Assembly (NCBI GenBank): GCA_963735035.1
Contig: CAVTJJ010000003.1
Location: 140,489-204,488, forward strand
Length of the DNA: 64,000 nt
Reading direction: 5' to 3'
Source: an uncultured candidate division Zixibacteria bacterium
Lineage (GTDB): Bacteria; Zixibacteria; MSB-5A5; GN15; FEB-12
The notes under the pieces were generated by a model. It saw only the letters and a list, made by a program, of their open reading frames with translations, did no database searches and was not told the origin of the DNA. A program made the position numbers and the translations under genes. Of the stretch, positions 20,881-29,327 are shown in pieces; the stretch's first letter is position 1; each line of letters begins with the position of its first letter.

Positions 20881-22349
20881 GATCTAGCGATAGGAGAAGG
20901 TCAATGCCAGTGATAGGTACTTCTTCAAGAGTGCAGAGAATTGCGCTTGCCGCGGTTTTGCTATGCTTGGCCGGTTGCGGGGGCGGACTTCTTGACAAGG
21001 CCGTTTCCGGTCTTGTCGATCAACTTGGACCGGACCAGCGCTTCGAAGTAAGGCGCACCAGTTTAGGTGAGGTCCAGTTTGCAATCATGGTCCCGGGCGC
21101 CACAGTAGTCAACAGTCAGAATAACAGCTATGCTTGCGTGATCAATTTGAAAGGCAAGTATTCGGTTGCGCTCAACGGCCAGAAAGAAAATGTGTTTGAT
21201 TCAATCCTGCAGAATCGCGCCGTTTTCAGTCCCGACGGCACGCGGCTCGCCTATGCGGCCATGCAGGGTCAGCTGTGGGCGGTCATGGTTGACCATCTAC
21301 CCGGCCCAAAGTACGAAGAGATCGCAAACGTGGTGTTCAGCCCCGACAGTCGGAGAATCGCCTATGCCGCGCGGCAGGACGGCCTCTGGGTCATCAACGT
21401 CGATGACCACGAGGGTCCAGCTTTCGGTAGTATAGGAACGCCGGTCTTCAGCCCCGATAGCAAGCATGTCGCTTACTCGTCGGTATCCGATGCCGGCGCC
21501 CAACTCCTGGTGGATCACAGAGTGATTGCTCAGGCAGAGGGCTTCCGCCGTGGTCAGATCGTATTCAGCCCTGACGGCCGCCGTGTAGCATTTGCGGCCC
21601 GTTCGGGCGAGCAATGGGCGGTGGCGGTCGACAGCACCAAGGGGAGACTATACGATGATGTAAACAATATCGGCTTTGACCCAAATGGCTCGGCCGTCGC
21701 CTACATCGCCAAGACGAACGACGAGGATGTCCTCGTAATTGGCGAAAAGGAAATCGCTCGCCACGACCATATCTTCAAGTATGGTTTCCTTCCCGCATCC
21801 GACCAAATTGTATACGCTGCCACTGATGGTGACACCGCTCTCGTCCTTCTGGGAGATAGTGTAATCGGTAAATGGACGACTTCTTTACCACCGGACTTTG
21901 TGCTCGATTCTTCTCACGTGCACACTACTTTCCTGGGGGCCAGGGAAAAGAGTCGCATATCAGTAGTGGTGGATGGTCGGGAAGGAAACGCATATGACAG
22001 CGTTGGTACGATTGTACATTCCCCGTCAGGTGACCGTTATGCCTTTGTGGCTCAGAAGAAGGCGTCGATCTTTGTTGTTGTCGACGGACATGAACAGGGG
22101 CCTTACGAAGATCAATATCTATTCCTTTCACCACCGTCTTTCAGTACTGACGGAAAGTATGTCGCGTATGGGGTGCTGATCAAAGGCAAATCGAGCATAT
22201 TTGTTAACGGTATACCTGGTGAACATATTAGTGCCTATTTACCGTCCGGGAGACCGGCCGTAACCTGGGATTCACCGAAGACGTTTCATTACCTGGCAGC
22301 CTTCGACAATAACATAAATCTCGTTGAAGAGGAATTCCGCAAACCGTAG
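20877..22349 (+). CDS. Lipoprotein with WD40-like (PD40/TolB-type) beta-propeller repeats
   Basis: Lipobox LLCLAGCGG. Reiterated units: VFSPDGTRLAYAA, VFSPDSRRIAYAA, VFSPDSKHVAYSS, VFSPDGRRVAFAA, GFDPNGSAVAYIA, VHSPSGDRYAFVA, SFSTDGKYVAYGV. The ATG overlaps the upstream stop (ATGA). Confidence 0.7.
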   Translation: MRSSDRRRSMPVIGTSSRVQRIALAAVLLCLAGCGGGLLDKAVSGLVDQLGPDQRFEVRRTSLGEVQFAIMVPGATVVNSQNNSYACVINLKGKYSVALNGQKENVFDSILQNRAVFSPDGTRLAYAAMQGQLWAVMVDHLPGPKYEEIANVVFSPDSRRIAYAARQDGLWVINVDDHEGPAFGSIGTPVFSPDSKHVAYSSVSDAGAQLLVDHRVIAQAEGFRRGQIVFSPDGRRVAFAARSGEQWAVAVDSTKGRLYDDVNNIGFDPNGSAVAYIAKTNDEDVLVIGEKEIARHDHIFKYGFLPASDQIVYAATDGDTALVLLGDSVIGKWTTSLPPDFVLDSSHVHTTFLGAREKSRISVVVDGREGNAYDSVGTIVHSPSGDRYAFVAQKKASIFVVVDGHEQGPYEDQYLFLSPPSFSTDGKYVAYGVLIKGKSSIFVNGIPGEHISAYLPSGRPAVTWDSPKTFHYLAAFDNNINLVEEEFRKP

Positions 22350-22494
22350 GAAATCCCGAGATTCGCTAAGATTTCGATACCGATTTGACGGATGGGTCTT
22401 GGCAAAGCGTACACCGTAGGGCGTCCGGTCGGTTATGGAGACCAAGGCCTGAGACAACAGTCACCCAGCCATAAATAGTGGGCCACCCGGTGAT

Positions 22495-22521
22495 GTCGAA
22501 ACCGCAGGGGTTTCGACCTAC
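22495..22521. repeat. 27-nt hairpin-CTAC element (GTAG-hairpin family)
   Basis: GTCGAAACC GCAG GGGTTTCGAC CTAC, lying between convergent gene ends. Confidence 0.6.
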
Positions 22522-22560
22522 AAAGGCTCATGCGTCGACAGGCTCAGCATGACCTGAGGG

Positions 22561-24315
22561 CTACTTCGCCGGATGCCGCTTGATCACCACCACCGTGATG
22601 TCATCGAAAACATGCGTCGGCGAGGCATACGCATACACTGCTTTACCAATCGCCTCGCCTATCTCGATACTCTTAGCGTTGCGGTTGGCCTTAATTACGT
22701 TGGTCAATCCCGCCAGGCCGAATTCGTGGCCGTCCTTGTCGAAAACTTCCGTGACACCGTCGGTGTACATCACAATCATCTCGCCCGGCTGAAGCATGAA
22801 CGCGCGCTCTTCGAACGTCGCCTGTTTGTTGACACCGAGCAACACGCCGCCAACGTTGAGAAGTTCCACCGTGCCGTCCAGACGAAACCAGAGCGGCGGA
22901 TTGTGGCCGAAATTGGAGAAGGTGAAGATATGGTTGGTCGTGTCGAGCACGCCGTAGACCGCGGTCACGTACATCCCCGACTCGAGCGATTCACAGAGCA
23001 GCGAATTGACTTTCTGGCCGATCGTGCGAATCGAGTAGTTGTTGCGGATCTCGGCGATCAGCGACGCCCGGAACGACGCCATGACCAGCGCGGCCGGCAT
23101 CCCCTTGCCGGAAACGTCGGCGATAGCGATCCCAAGATGGCTATCGACAATGCGAATGAAATCGTAATAGTCGCCGCCAACCTGACCCGACGGCGTATTG
23201 TGCCCGCTTATGTCATAACCAGAGACAGTCGGATCCTTCTTTGGCAGGAAAGTACGCTGCGTGTCGCGGGCCACGCCGAGTTGAGCTTCGAGCTGTTTTG
23301 CATTCAGATTGCGTTCAACCATCCGGGCACGCTCGATGGACATTCCGGCCTGCGACGCGAACGCCCGGATCAAATTGACGTGGCTGCGGTCGAAAGCACT
23401 GTGATCGTTGGATTCGAGATTGATGACGCCGATAACACGGTCATTGACTTTGATCGGCACGGCTATTTCGCTGCGCGTGTCGGCGGTCATCTGAACGTAG
23501 CGCGAATCCGAGGTGACGTCGTCGACAATTACTTCCTTCCCCGAAGTCGCCGCCGCACCGACCAGACCTTCGTCGCACTTGAGATGCAGGCTGTCTTCGG
23601 ACTCGGGGTTATAGCCCACCGTGTAAATGGCGTTGAGGTCGACTCCTTTATCGTCACAGAGAAAGACGCCGCCGACCTGGAAGTTGACTACCTGCTTGAG
23701 GGAATCGAGAATGGCCGCGAGCACTTCCTGGAGTGACAACTTCGATGACAACTTCTGTCCAATCTCGTACAGCAGCGTCTTTTCAAGCGCTTCTCGTTTC
23801 GCCTCGCGGTAGAGATAGGCGTTTGTGACGGCTACCGCGATCTGGTTGTTCAGACCGCTGAGGACGTCCAGGTCGGCTTGACCGAACTCCCCGTTGAGCT
23901 TGTTGACCGCCTCGACCACGCCGATCAGTTTGCCGCGTCCGATCAGCGGCAGAGCGACCAGCGAGCGCGCCATCACGCCTACCTGGCTGCCCATATCGTG
24001 ATCGACCCGGGGATCATTGGCGGCATCGTTGATAATGACCGCCTCCTTGCGATCCATCACCCAGCCGAGCACACCCGCGGACGGCTGACGGCCGAGCGTC
24101 TGCATCTTGAAATCACGGTCGGACATAACTCGGGTGCGACGTTCGCGCGGGTCGGGGTCATGGCGATAGATGGCGGCCACTTCGGAATCGACCGCCGCCA
24201 TGACGAGTTTGAGCACCATCTCGATCAACTCTTCGTATTCGAGGGTGCTGTTGAAAGTTCGGGCGGCCTCGAGCATCAGCTTCTCGACGCGGCTTTGTCT
24301 TATTTCGTCGGACAT
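22561..24315 (-). CDS. GAF-GAF-PP2C (SpoIIE/RsbU-type) serine phosphatase
   Basis: 584 aa. Two GAF-like regions, then a SpoIIE-type domain with the GGDYYDF motif, MPAALVMA and YTDGVTE. Confidence 0.8.
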   Translation of the reverse strand: MSDEIRQSRVEKLMLEAARTFNSTLEYEELIEMVLKLVMAAVDSEVAAIYRHDPDPRERRTRVMSDRDFKMQTLGRQPSAGVLGWVMDRKEAVIINDAANDPRVDHDMGSQVGVMARSLVALPLIGRGKLIGVVEAVNKLNGEFGQADLDVLSGLNNQIAVAVTNAYLYREAKREALEKTLLYEIGQKLSSKLSLQEVLAAILDSLKQVVNFQVGGVFLCDDKGVDLNAIYTVGYNPESEDSLHLKCDEGLVGAAATSGKEVIVDDVTSDSRYVQMTADTRSEIAVPIKVNDRVIGVINLESNDHSAFDRSHVNLIRAFASQAGMSIERARMVERNLNAKQLEAQLGVARDTQRTFLPKKDPTVSGYDISGHNTPSGQVGGDYYDFIRIVDSHLGIAIADVSGKGMPAALVMASFRASLIAEIRNNYSIRTIGQKVNSLLCESLESGMYVTAVYGVLDTTNHIFTFSNFGHNPPLWFRLDGTVELLNVGGVLLGVNKQATFEERAFMLQPGEMIVMYTDGVTEVFDKDGHEFGLAGLTNVIKANRNAKSIEIGEAIGKAVYAYASPTHVFDDITVVVIKRHPAK

Positions 24316-24423
24316 AGTGGGGGTAAGGTAAGGGATTGAAGGGGATTGTCAAATGGTGAAGAGGACCGTTGGAGAGTGTAACAGCTACAATCAATGCGCG
24401 ACGTGGGGGCCGGCCCAACTTCT

Positions 24424-24523
24424 GGTGCCCCGGCGCTTGCGCTGGGATTCCTATCAGAAACCCCTACATCCAACTCTGCTCGTTTTGGTGCCCCAGCGCT
24501 TGCGCTGGGATGCCTATCAGAAA
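24424..24523 (+). repeat. Two REP copies on the 3' side of the RAYT gene
   Basis: GGTGCCCCGGCGCTTGCGCTGGGATTCCTATCAGAAA (24424-24460) and GGTGCCCCAGCGCTTGCGCTGGGATGCCTATCAGAAA (24487-24523). They are inverted relative to the copies at 25060-25283. Confidence 0.85.
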
Positions 24524-25047
24524 TCCGGTTCATCCATTGAGATCGGCACATCCTTCATTCCCGAATACCAGTTGTAACTCGACCATATCCATTGACCTGG
24601 TTGAGTCACCAGACCACGAGTCACTGGATTCTTGTGACAGTACTCAATCTTCAACCTCACTGACTCCGATGAGCGGCAATTGTGGTCATAGCACCGCGGC
24701 AACCAAAGTGCTTCCTGTAATTCACCGTGACGAAACACTTCGAGCTCACCGGAACTAAGACCAGCCCTAAACAACAGTGGCAATATTCGTCTGGCCGAAC
24801 GCGACTTCAGTTCACCGACAACTATACCAAGCCGACAACTAGCGAGTAGCTTTAGGACTAAATGTACGTGCTCAGGCATTACTACATAAGCATACAGTCG
24901 AAGCGAGTACTTCAGTTTGACCGCAAACAGCTCCTCGACGAAGACTCGAATGACGGAATCATCGAAGAGGAGGGGTAGACGCTGGTGACAGGAGAAAGTG
25001 ACAAAGCGGACGTCGGAGAGGTGATCGTAATGTTTCAATTCAGTCAT
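24517..25047 (-). CDS. REP-associated tyrosine transposase (RAYT; IS200/IS605-like Y1 HUH transposase)
   Basis: 176 aa. HUH motif in VVMPEHVHLVL, the catalytic-Tyr motif in IEYCHKNPVTRGLV, and the typical N-terminus FVTFSCHQRLPLL. The 3' end overlaps a REP. Confidence 0.85.
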   Translation of the reverse strand: MTELKHYDHLSDVRFVTFSCHQRLPLLFDDSVIRVFVEELFAVKLKYSLRLYAYVVMPEHVHLVLKLLASCRLGIVVGELKSRSARRILPLLFRAGLSSGELEVFRHGELQEALWLPRCYDHNCRSSESVRLKIEYCHKNPVTRGLVTQPGQWIWSSYNWYSGMKDVPISMDEPDF

Positions 25048-25059
25048 AGTGCATCAAGA

Positions 25060-25283
25060 CCCAGCGCAAGCGCTGGGGCACCAGAATATATGCTTACATT
25101 CCAGCGCAAGCGCTTAGGCACCAGAGTATATGCTTACATCCCAGCGCAAGCGCTGGGGCACCAGAATATATGCTTACATTCCAGCGCAAGCGCTTAGGCA
25201 CCAGAGTATATGCTTACATCCCAGCGCAAGCGCTGGGGCACCAGAGTATATGCTTACATCCCAGCGCAAGCGCTGGGGCACCG
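25060..25283. repeat. Tandem array of six 40-bp REP units
   Basis: Copies start at 25060, 25100, 25140, 25180, 25220 and 25260. The unit is CCCAGCGCAAGCGCTGGGGCACCAGA(A/G)TATATGCTTACAT. The first four alternate between two variants (GGGG..AATATA..ATT and TAGG..AGTATA..ATC), which gives an 80-bp higher-order period. Confidence 0.9.
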
Positions 25284-25327
25284 AATAGTGCCAACAAGTG
25301 ACATCTGTTCAAAACCTATGCCCCCCC

Positions 25328-26863
25328 TCACAACCACAAGTGCCGGTCGAGCGTCCGGTAGTGGATCGCCTCGGCGACATGTCCCATCTGGATGTCATCC
25401 GAATTGTCCAAATCGGCTATTGTGCGCGAGACTTTCAATATCCGGTCGTACGCCCGCGCCGATAATCCCTGCTGTTTGATCGCCAGCGCCAGTAACGCTT
25501 GTGATTTTTCATCGAGTTGGCAGAAACGCCTGATATCGCGCGACTCCATCTGGGCGTTCGAGTAAAGCGACTTCTCTCCCTTGAACCGGTCAAGCTGTCG
25601 CTGTCGTGCCGAGTTGACCCGTTTGCGGATGATCTCGGACTTTTCCCCGCGCGTTTCCGACGACAACTCTTTGAATTTCACCGACGGCACCGAGACATGA
25701 ATATCGATCCGGTCCAGAAGCGGTCCGGAGATGCGCGACATATAACGCTGGATTTCACCCGGCGTGCATTTGCACTCATGCAATTGTTCTCCGCTGTATC
25801 CGCACGGACAGGGGTTCATCGCGGCTACGAGCATGAATCGGGCCGGGTAGGTCAGAGTCGTGGCGGCCCGCGAAATAGTGACGTGATTGTCCTCCATCGG
25901 CTGGCGCAGCATCTCCAAGATGTCCTTCTTGAACTCGGGGAGTTCGTCGAGAAAGAGCACGCCGTTGTGCGCGAGAGATACTTCGCCGGGTTTCGGGATC
26001 GCGCCTCCGCCTATCAATCCGGCATAGGAGATCGTGTGATGCGGTGATCGCGCAGGGCGAGTAGCAACCAGGGCCGAGTCGGCGGGAAGACGCCCGGCCA
26101 CCGAGTGAATCTTGGTGGTTTCGAGCGCCTCGCCCAGAGTCATGTCAGGTAAAATTGTGGGCAGCCTTCGCGCCAGCATCGTCTTCCCCGACCCGGGCGG
26201 ACCGATCATGATGACGTTGTGACCGCCGGCCGCGGCAACTTCGAGTGCCCGCTTGGCCGTTTCCTGACCTTTGACATCGCAAAAATCGACCGGGTAGATG
26301 CGGGCGCGGTCGAAAACCGCCTTGATGTCGATCTTGTGGGGCTGGATGGTCGTTTGGTCTTCGAAAAAGTGCACCGCCTCCTTGAGCGACTTGACCGGAA
26401 ATACCGGCACCGTCCCGGCCATGGCGGCCTCGCAGGCGTTTTCAGCCGAGACCAACATCCCTTTGAGATGTGGCTGGGTGAGACTCATGGCCATAGGCAA
26501 CACCCCCGGTACCGGCCTGAGAGCGCCGTCGAGCGACAGTTCCCCCAGCATGACATATTCATCAAACCGCTCGCATAGAACTTGACCGGTGGCCGCCAGG
26601 ATACCAACCGCGATCGGAAGATCGAAGGCACAACCCTCCTTCCTGATGTCAGCCGGGGCCAGATTGATGGTGACTTTCTTGGACGGAAAAATGAAATCGG
26701 AATTCTTGATGGCGGCCGTCACCCGCTCCTTGGATTCCCTCACCGCCCCGTCGGGCAATCCGACCGTAATGAACAACGGAAGTTGCTGCTGGATATCGGC
26801 TTCAACCTCGACCGTGTAAGCTTCGACACCCAGTGTGGCCGCTGATAAGACTTTGGAAAGCAT
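25328..26863 (-). CDS. yifB: YifB/ComM family Mg-chelatase-like AAA+ ATPase
   Basis: 511 aa. N-terminus VLSAATLGVEAYTVEVEADI, Walker A MIGPPGSGKTM, GVLFLDELPEF, and a C-terminal helix-turn-helix region. Confidence 0.85.
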   Translation of the reverse strand: MLSKVLSAATLGVEAYTVEVEADIQQQLPLFITVGLPDGAVRESKERVTAAIKNSDFIFPSKKVTINLAPADIRKEGCAFDLPIAVGILAATGQVLCERFDEYVMLGELSLDGALRPVPGVLPMAMSLTQPHLKGMLVSAENACEAAMAGTVPVFPVKSLKEAVHFFEDQTTIQPHKIDIKAVFDRARIYPVDFCDVKGQETAKRALEVAAAGGHNVIMIGPPGSGKTMLARRLPTILPDMTLGEALETTKIHSVAGRLPADSALVATRPARSPHHTISYAGLIGGGAIPKPGEVSLAHNGVLFLDELPEFKKDILEMLRQPMEDNHVTISRAATTLTYPARFMLVAAMNPCPCGYSGEQLHECKCTPGEIQRYMSRISGPLLDRIDIHVSVPSVKFKELSSETRGEKSEIIRKRVNSARQRQLDRFKGEKSLYSNAQMESRDIRRFCQLDEKSQALLALAIKQQGLSARAYDRILKVSRTIADLDNSDDIQMGHVAEAIHYRTLDRHLWL

Positions 26864-26956
26864 CGATTCGATCCTCAGCTAAGCGTTTCAGCGGCGCATC
26901 ACCGTCCGAACATCACGGACAGACACTCCCGGCCGCCGACTCAATTTGTTGAGGAC

Positions 26957-26977
26957 CACTGACAGATACTGTCAGTG
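26957..26977. promoter_or_regulatory. Perfect 9-3-9 palindrome, candidate operator upstream of yifB/comM
   Basis: CACTGACAG ATA CTGTCAGTG, about 95 nt upstream of the yifB start. It belongs to none of the dispersed repeat families seen in this window. Confidence 0.3.
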
Positions 26978-27013
26978 AAAATTCCTCCGTTGCAGGAAAT
27001 CTTCCCGACGGGC

Positions 27014-27043
27014 AAAAAAAAACCGGCCCCGCGAGGGGCCGGT
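27014..27043 (-). terminator. Rho-independent terminator of the 27062..27550 gene
   Basis: The minus strand reads CCGGCCCCTCGCGGGGCCGG followed by T9. Confidence 0.75.
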
Positions 27044-27061
27044 GAATTTGTGGCACTAATA

Positions 27062-27550
27062 CTAATTGATTACGGCGCGAAGCAGTCTGATATCTTTGAT
27101 CACGCGGACCGAGTTACCGGCGGTCGTGGTGGTCACGTCGTGATAAAGCTTCAGTGTGTCCGTAGTCTGATCCAGGCTGAAATATCCGCCGGGGGCCCAA
27201 TCCTGCGTACAGACGCCACGAGTGTAGTTCGAGTCGGTGACAGTCAGATCTACACCGTTACCAAGCACATAGGTACCCAGTACGTCGCAGAATACGCGCA
27301 GCGATTCGGGAATAGTGGATTCGATATCCATCGAGAATTCCGGCTTGCGGAAAGTGAATTCAATCGACTGGCTCGTATCGGGCAATGTGTCGACACCATT
27401 CTTGATTATCATCAAGTGATAAGTGCCTACATAGTTGCCGTTTATGCTCGGAGGAAACGGGACCTCGACATCATCGCGGCATGATATGAACAGGCTCGCG
27501 CCCAGCAACAGAACCAATATTGTCGCCCACAGACTTACTGCTCTTAACAT
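27062..27550 (-). CDS. Hypothetical lipoprotein
   Basis: 162 aa. Signal peptide with lipobox (LGASLFISC). No recognisable domain. Confidence 0.5.
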   Translation of the reverse strand: MLRAVSLWATILVLLLGASLFISCRDDVEVPFPPSINGNYVGTYHLMIIKNGVDTLPDTSQSIEFTFRKPEFSMDIESTIPESLRVFCDVLGTYVLGNGVDLTVTDSNYTRGVCTQDWAPGGYFSLDQTTDTLKLYHDVTTTTAGNSVRVIKDIRLLRAVIN

Positions 27551-28077
27551 CCTTCATGACTCCCTATGGAACATCCTACTCATCAGCGGTCGAATATACC
27601 CCGGTGGCGAACCCCGCACAACAGGAAAATTCAGTTGATCACACCGAAAAGACGCAGGGGCGGCTCATTTCGTGCAAGTTGGTTACTGTGAAGTTGATGG
27701 CGGGTCGTCTTCCCAGGATAGAACACTACCGAAGCCTGCTGCAATTTGAGACAACGGTAGACTTTGGGATATCAAGCTCAGCTATATGCTGGTAGGACTC
27801 GGAAGGATCGTCAAGCCGCCCGAGTTGGCTCGGTAACTTCTTCTGCCCCAATTTATTGCAACCGCCTAAGACAAACCGGGCAAGAATCTACTTCCCCGGT
27901 AGATATCCAAGAAAAGGAGGATAAAATTGATCCCGTTTTGATCGAGTGGCACCACTAGTTATTCACGCGGTTGTAAGTAACCGGGCGTATGAAGAGGCGT
28001 CTGGCTTGACTTCGGAGGAGCCACCTTCGTTATTTCCGCCTCACTGGAAAGTCCAAATAGGCCGATAACATCATATT

Positions 28078-28578
28078 ATGAAGCTTTCGCGGTTTCTGAC
28101 AGAAGAAGTGATCAAGTTGGAGATGGAGACGGTAGTTGAGCCGCCGGCCGAGGGCGCTTCCGTGAAAAGATGGCAGGAAGAAAACAAGCGACTGGTACTC
28201 AACGAGTTGGTTTCGTTGCTGGAAAGCGGATCACGGATCGGCAACCGCACCAAGCTGTTGAATGACTTTATCAACCGCGAGAAGAAGGCGACGACCGGAA
28301 TCGGACGAGGTATAGCTATCCCTCACATTCGCTCGCTCCAGGCGAAAGACCTCATGCTCGCTTTTGCCCGTTCTACTCCAGGGTATGATTTTGAATCACT
28401 TGACGATAAGCCTGTCCACTTGTTCTTCATTATGGCCGCTCCCCCATACGACGACGACCTCTACCTGAAAGTCTTCAAGTCCTTGTCGCAGATGCTACAA
28501 CATGAATCGTTCCGCAACGAACTGATGCAGGTAGAATCCCGCGGTGAAATCATCCGCGCCATCAAAAGCATGGAATAG
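28078..28578 (+). CDS. ptsN: PTS EIIA-type nitrogen-regulatory protein (PtsN-like)
   Basis: 166 aa. The N-terminus KLSRFLTEEVIKLEM is family-typical. The active-site region is TTGIGRGIAIPHIR, followed by PVHLFFIMAAP. Confidence 0.75.
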   Translation: MKLSRFLTEEVIKLEMETVVEPPAEGASVKRWQEENKRLVLNELVSLLESGSRIGNRTKLLNDFINREKKATTGIGRGIAIPHIRSLQAKDLMLAFARSTPGYDFESLDDKPVHLFFIMAAPPYDDDLYLKVFKSLSQMLQHESFRNELMQVESRGEIIRAIKSME

Positions 28579-28856
28579 ACGACAATAATGGTTGTCAATC
28601 CGGCCGATTTGTGTCGTTCCAAAAAAAGTTCCCGAAACCGTCTTTTTTTGTAAACATTCGGTTCCATGACCCGTCTATATCACTGACGCTGATTTAGCAA
28701 GGACCGATCGACATCGAACAGCAACTGGGCCTGACAACCTGGACCGGCAACTTGGGCTTAGACACCTTGACTTGTTGACGGTTCTTGCTAAAAATTGTCC
28801 CTGTCCCACAGGTATCCTAATGCCTGTACGAGCCACCCAATTACCCGTTGGGTGGC

Positions 28857-29294
28857 TCATTCCTTTATGGCCAGAAATGGATCGCAGATCTTGCGACACG
28901 GCCCTGCCGGCGGCAGCGGTCTTATCTTTACAAAGGCATTGCGGCGCCAGGCTACAGCTTCGTCCTTTACCTGGTCGTCTCCCCCACCAGCTTCAATCAT
29001 GTACCACTGATCCAGACAAATCCCCACATGTCCGGCTCGTCCCTGCCCATTCAGGAAGAAGACGAGGCAGCCCGCAACGGGGTCTTTGGCTTCGCAACTG
29101 AGAAAACGGTTCATCAACCCGTCGGCCGAAAGATCGATATTCTCGATCAAACCGACCGAGCGAAGTGATTCTATTACCAGCCCAGAGCAATCGAATCCGG
29201 AAGGATCATCCCCGCCCCAGCGGTAAGGTGTCCCCAGATAAGCCAGAGCGGTTGTTACGAGCCAGTGACGGGCAGCATCTTGTCGATTTGTCAT
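28857..29294 (-). CDS. NlpC/P60 (C40) family cell-wall peptidase
   Basis: 145 aa. YLGTPYRWGGDDPSGFDCSGLV carries the catalytic Cys; a His lies in AGHVGICL. Confidence 0.8.
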   Translation of the reverse strand: MTNRQDAARHWLVTTALAYLGTPYRWGGDDPSGFDCSGLVIESLRSVGLIENIDLSADGLMNRFLSCEAKDPVAGCLVFFLNGQGRAGHVGICLDQWYMIEAGGGDDQVKDEAVAWRRNAFVKIRPLPPAGPCRKICDPFLAIKE

Positions 29295-29327
29295 GACAGT
29301 CTGAGCTGTCCTGGCATCACCGTCAGA

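Larger units (their letters stand above)
24424..25283 (-). mobile_element. REPtron: REP-associated tyrosine transposase gene bracketed by inverted REP sequences
   Basis: An HUH/Y1 transposase ORF with 2 REPs on one side and 6 REPs in the opposite orientation on the other. This is the arrangement described for RAYT loci. Confidence 0.8.

Noticed and set aside
25060-25283. Possible CRISPR array (regular 40-bp spacing of a 23-nt palindromic repeat)
   Set aside because: The 17-nt intervals are nearly identical to each other (only two variants), there are no cas genes, the period is far too short, and the repeat is the same REP that flanks the RAYT gene in inverted orientation. It is a tandem REP array, not CRISPR.
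27940-27960. Sigma-54 promoter upstream of ptsN (TGGCAC at ~27946)
   Set aside because: TGGCAC is followed after 5 nt by GTTAT rather than TTGC(A/T), and it lies about 130 nt from the start. The match is insufficient.
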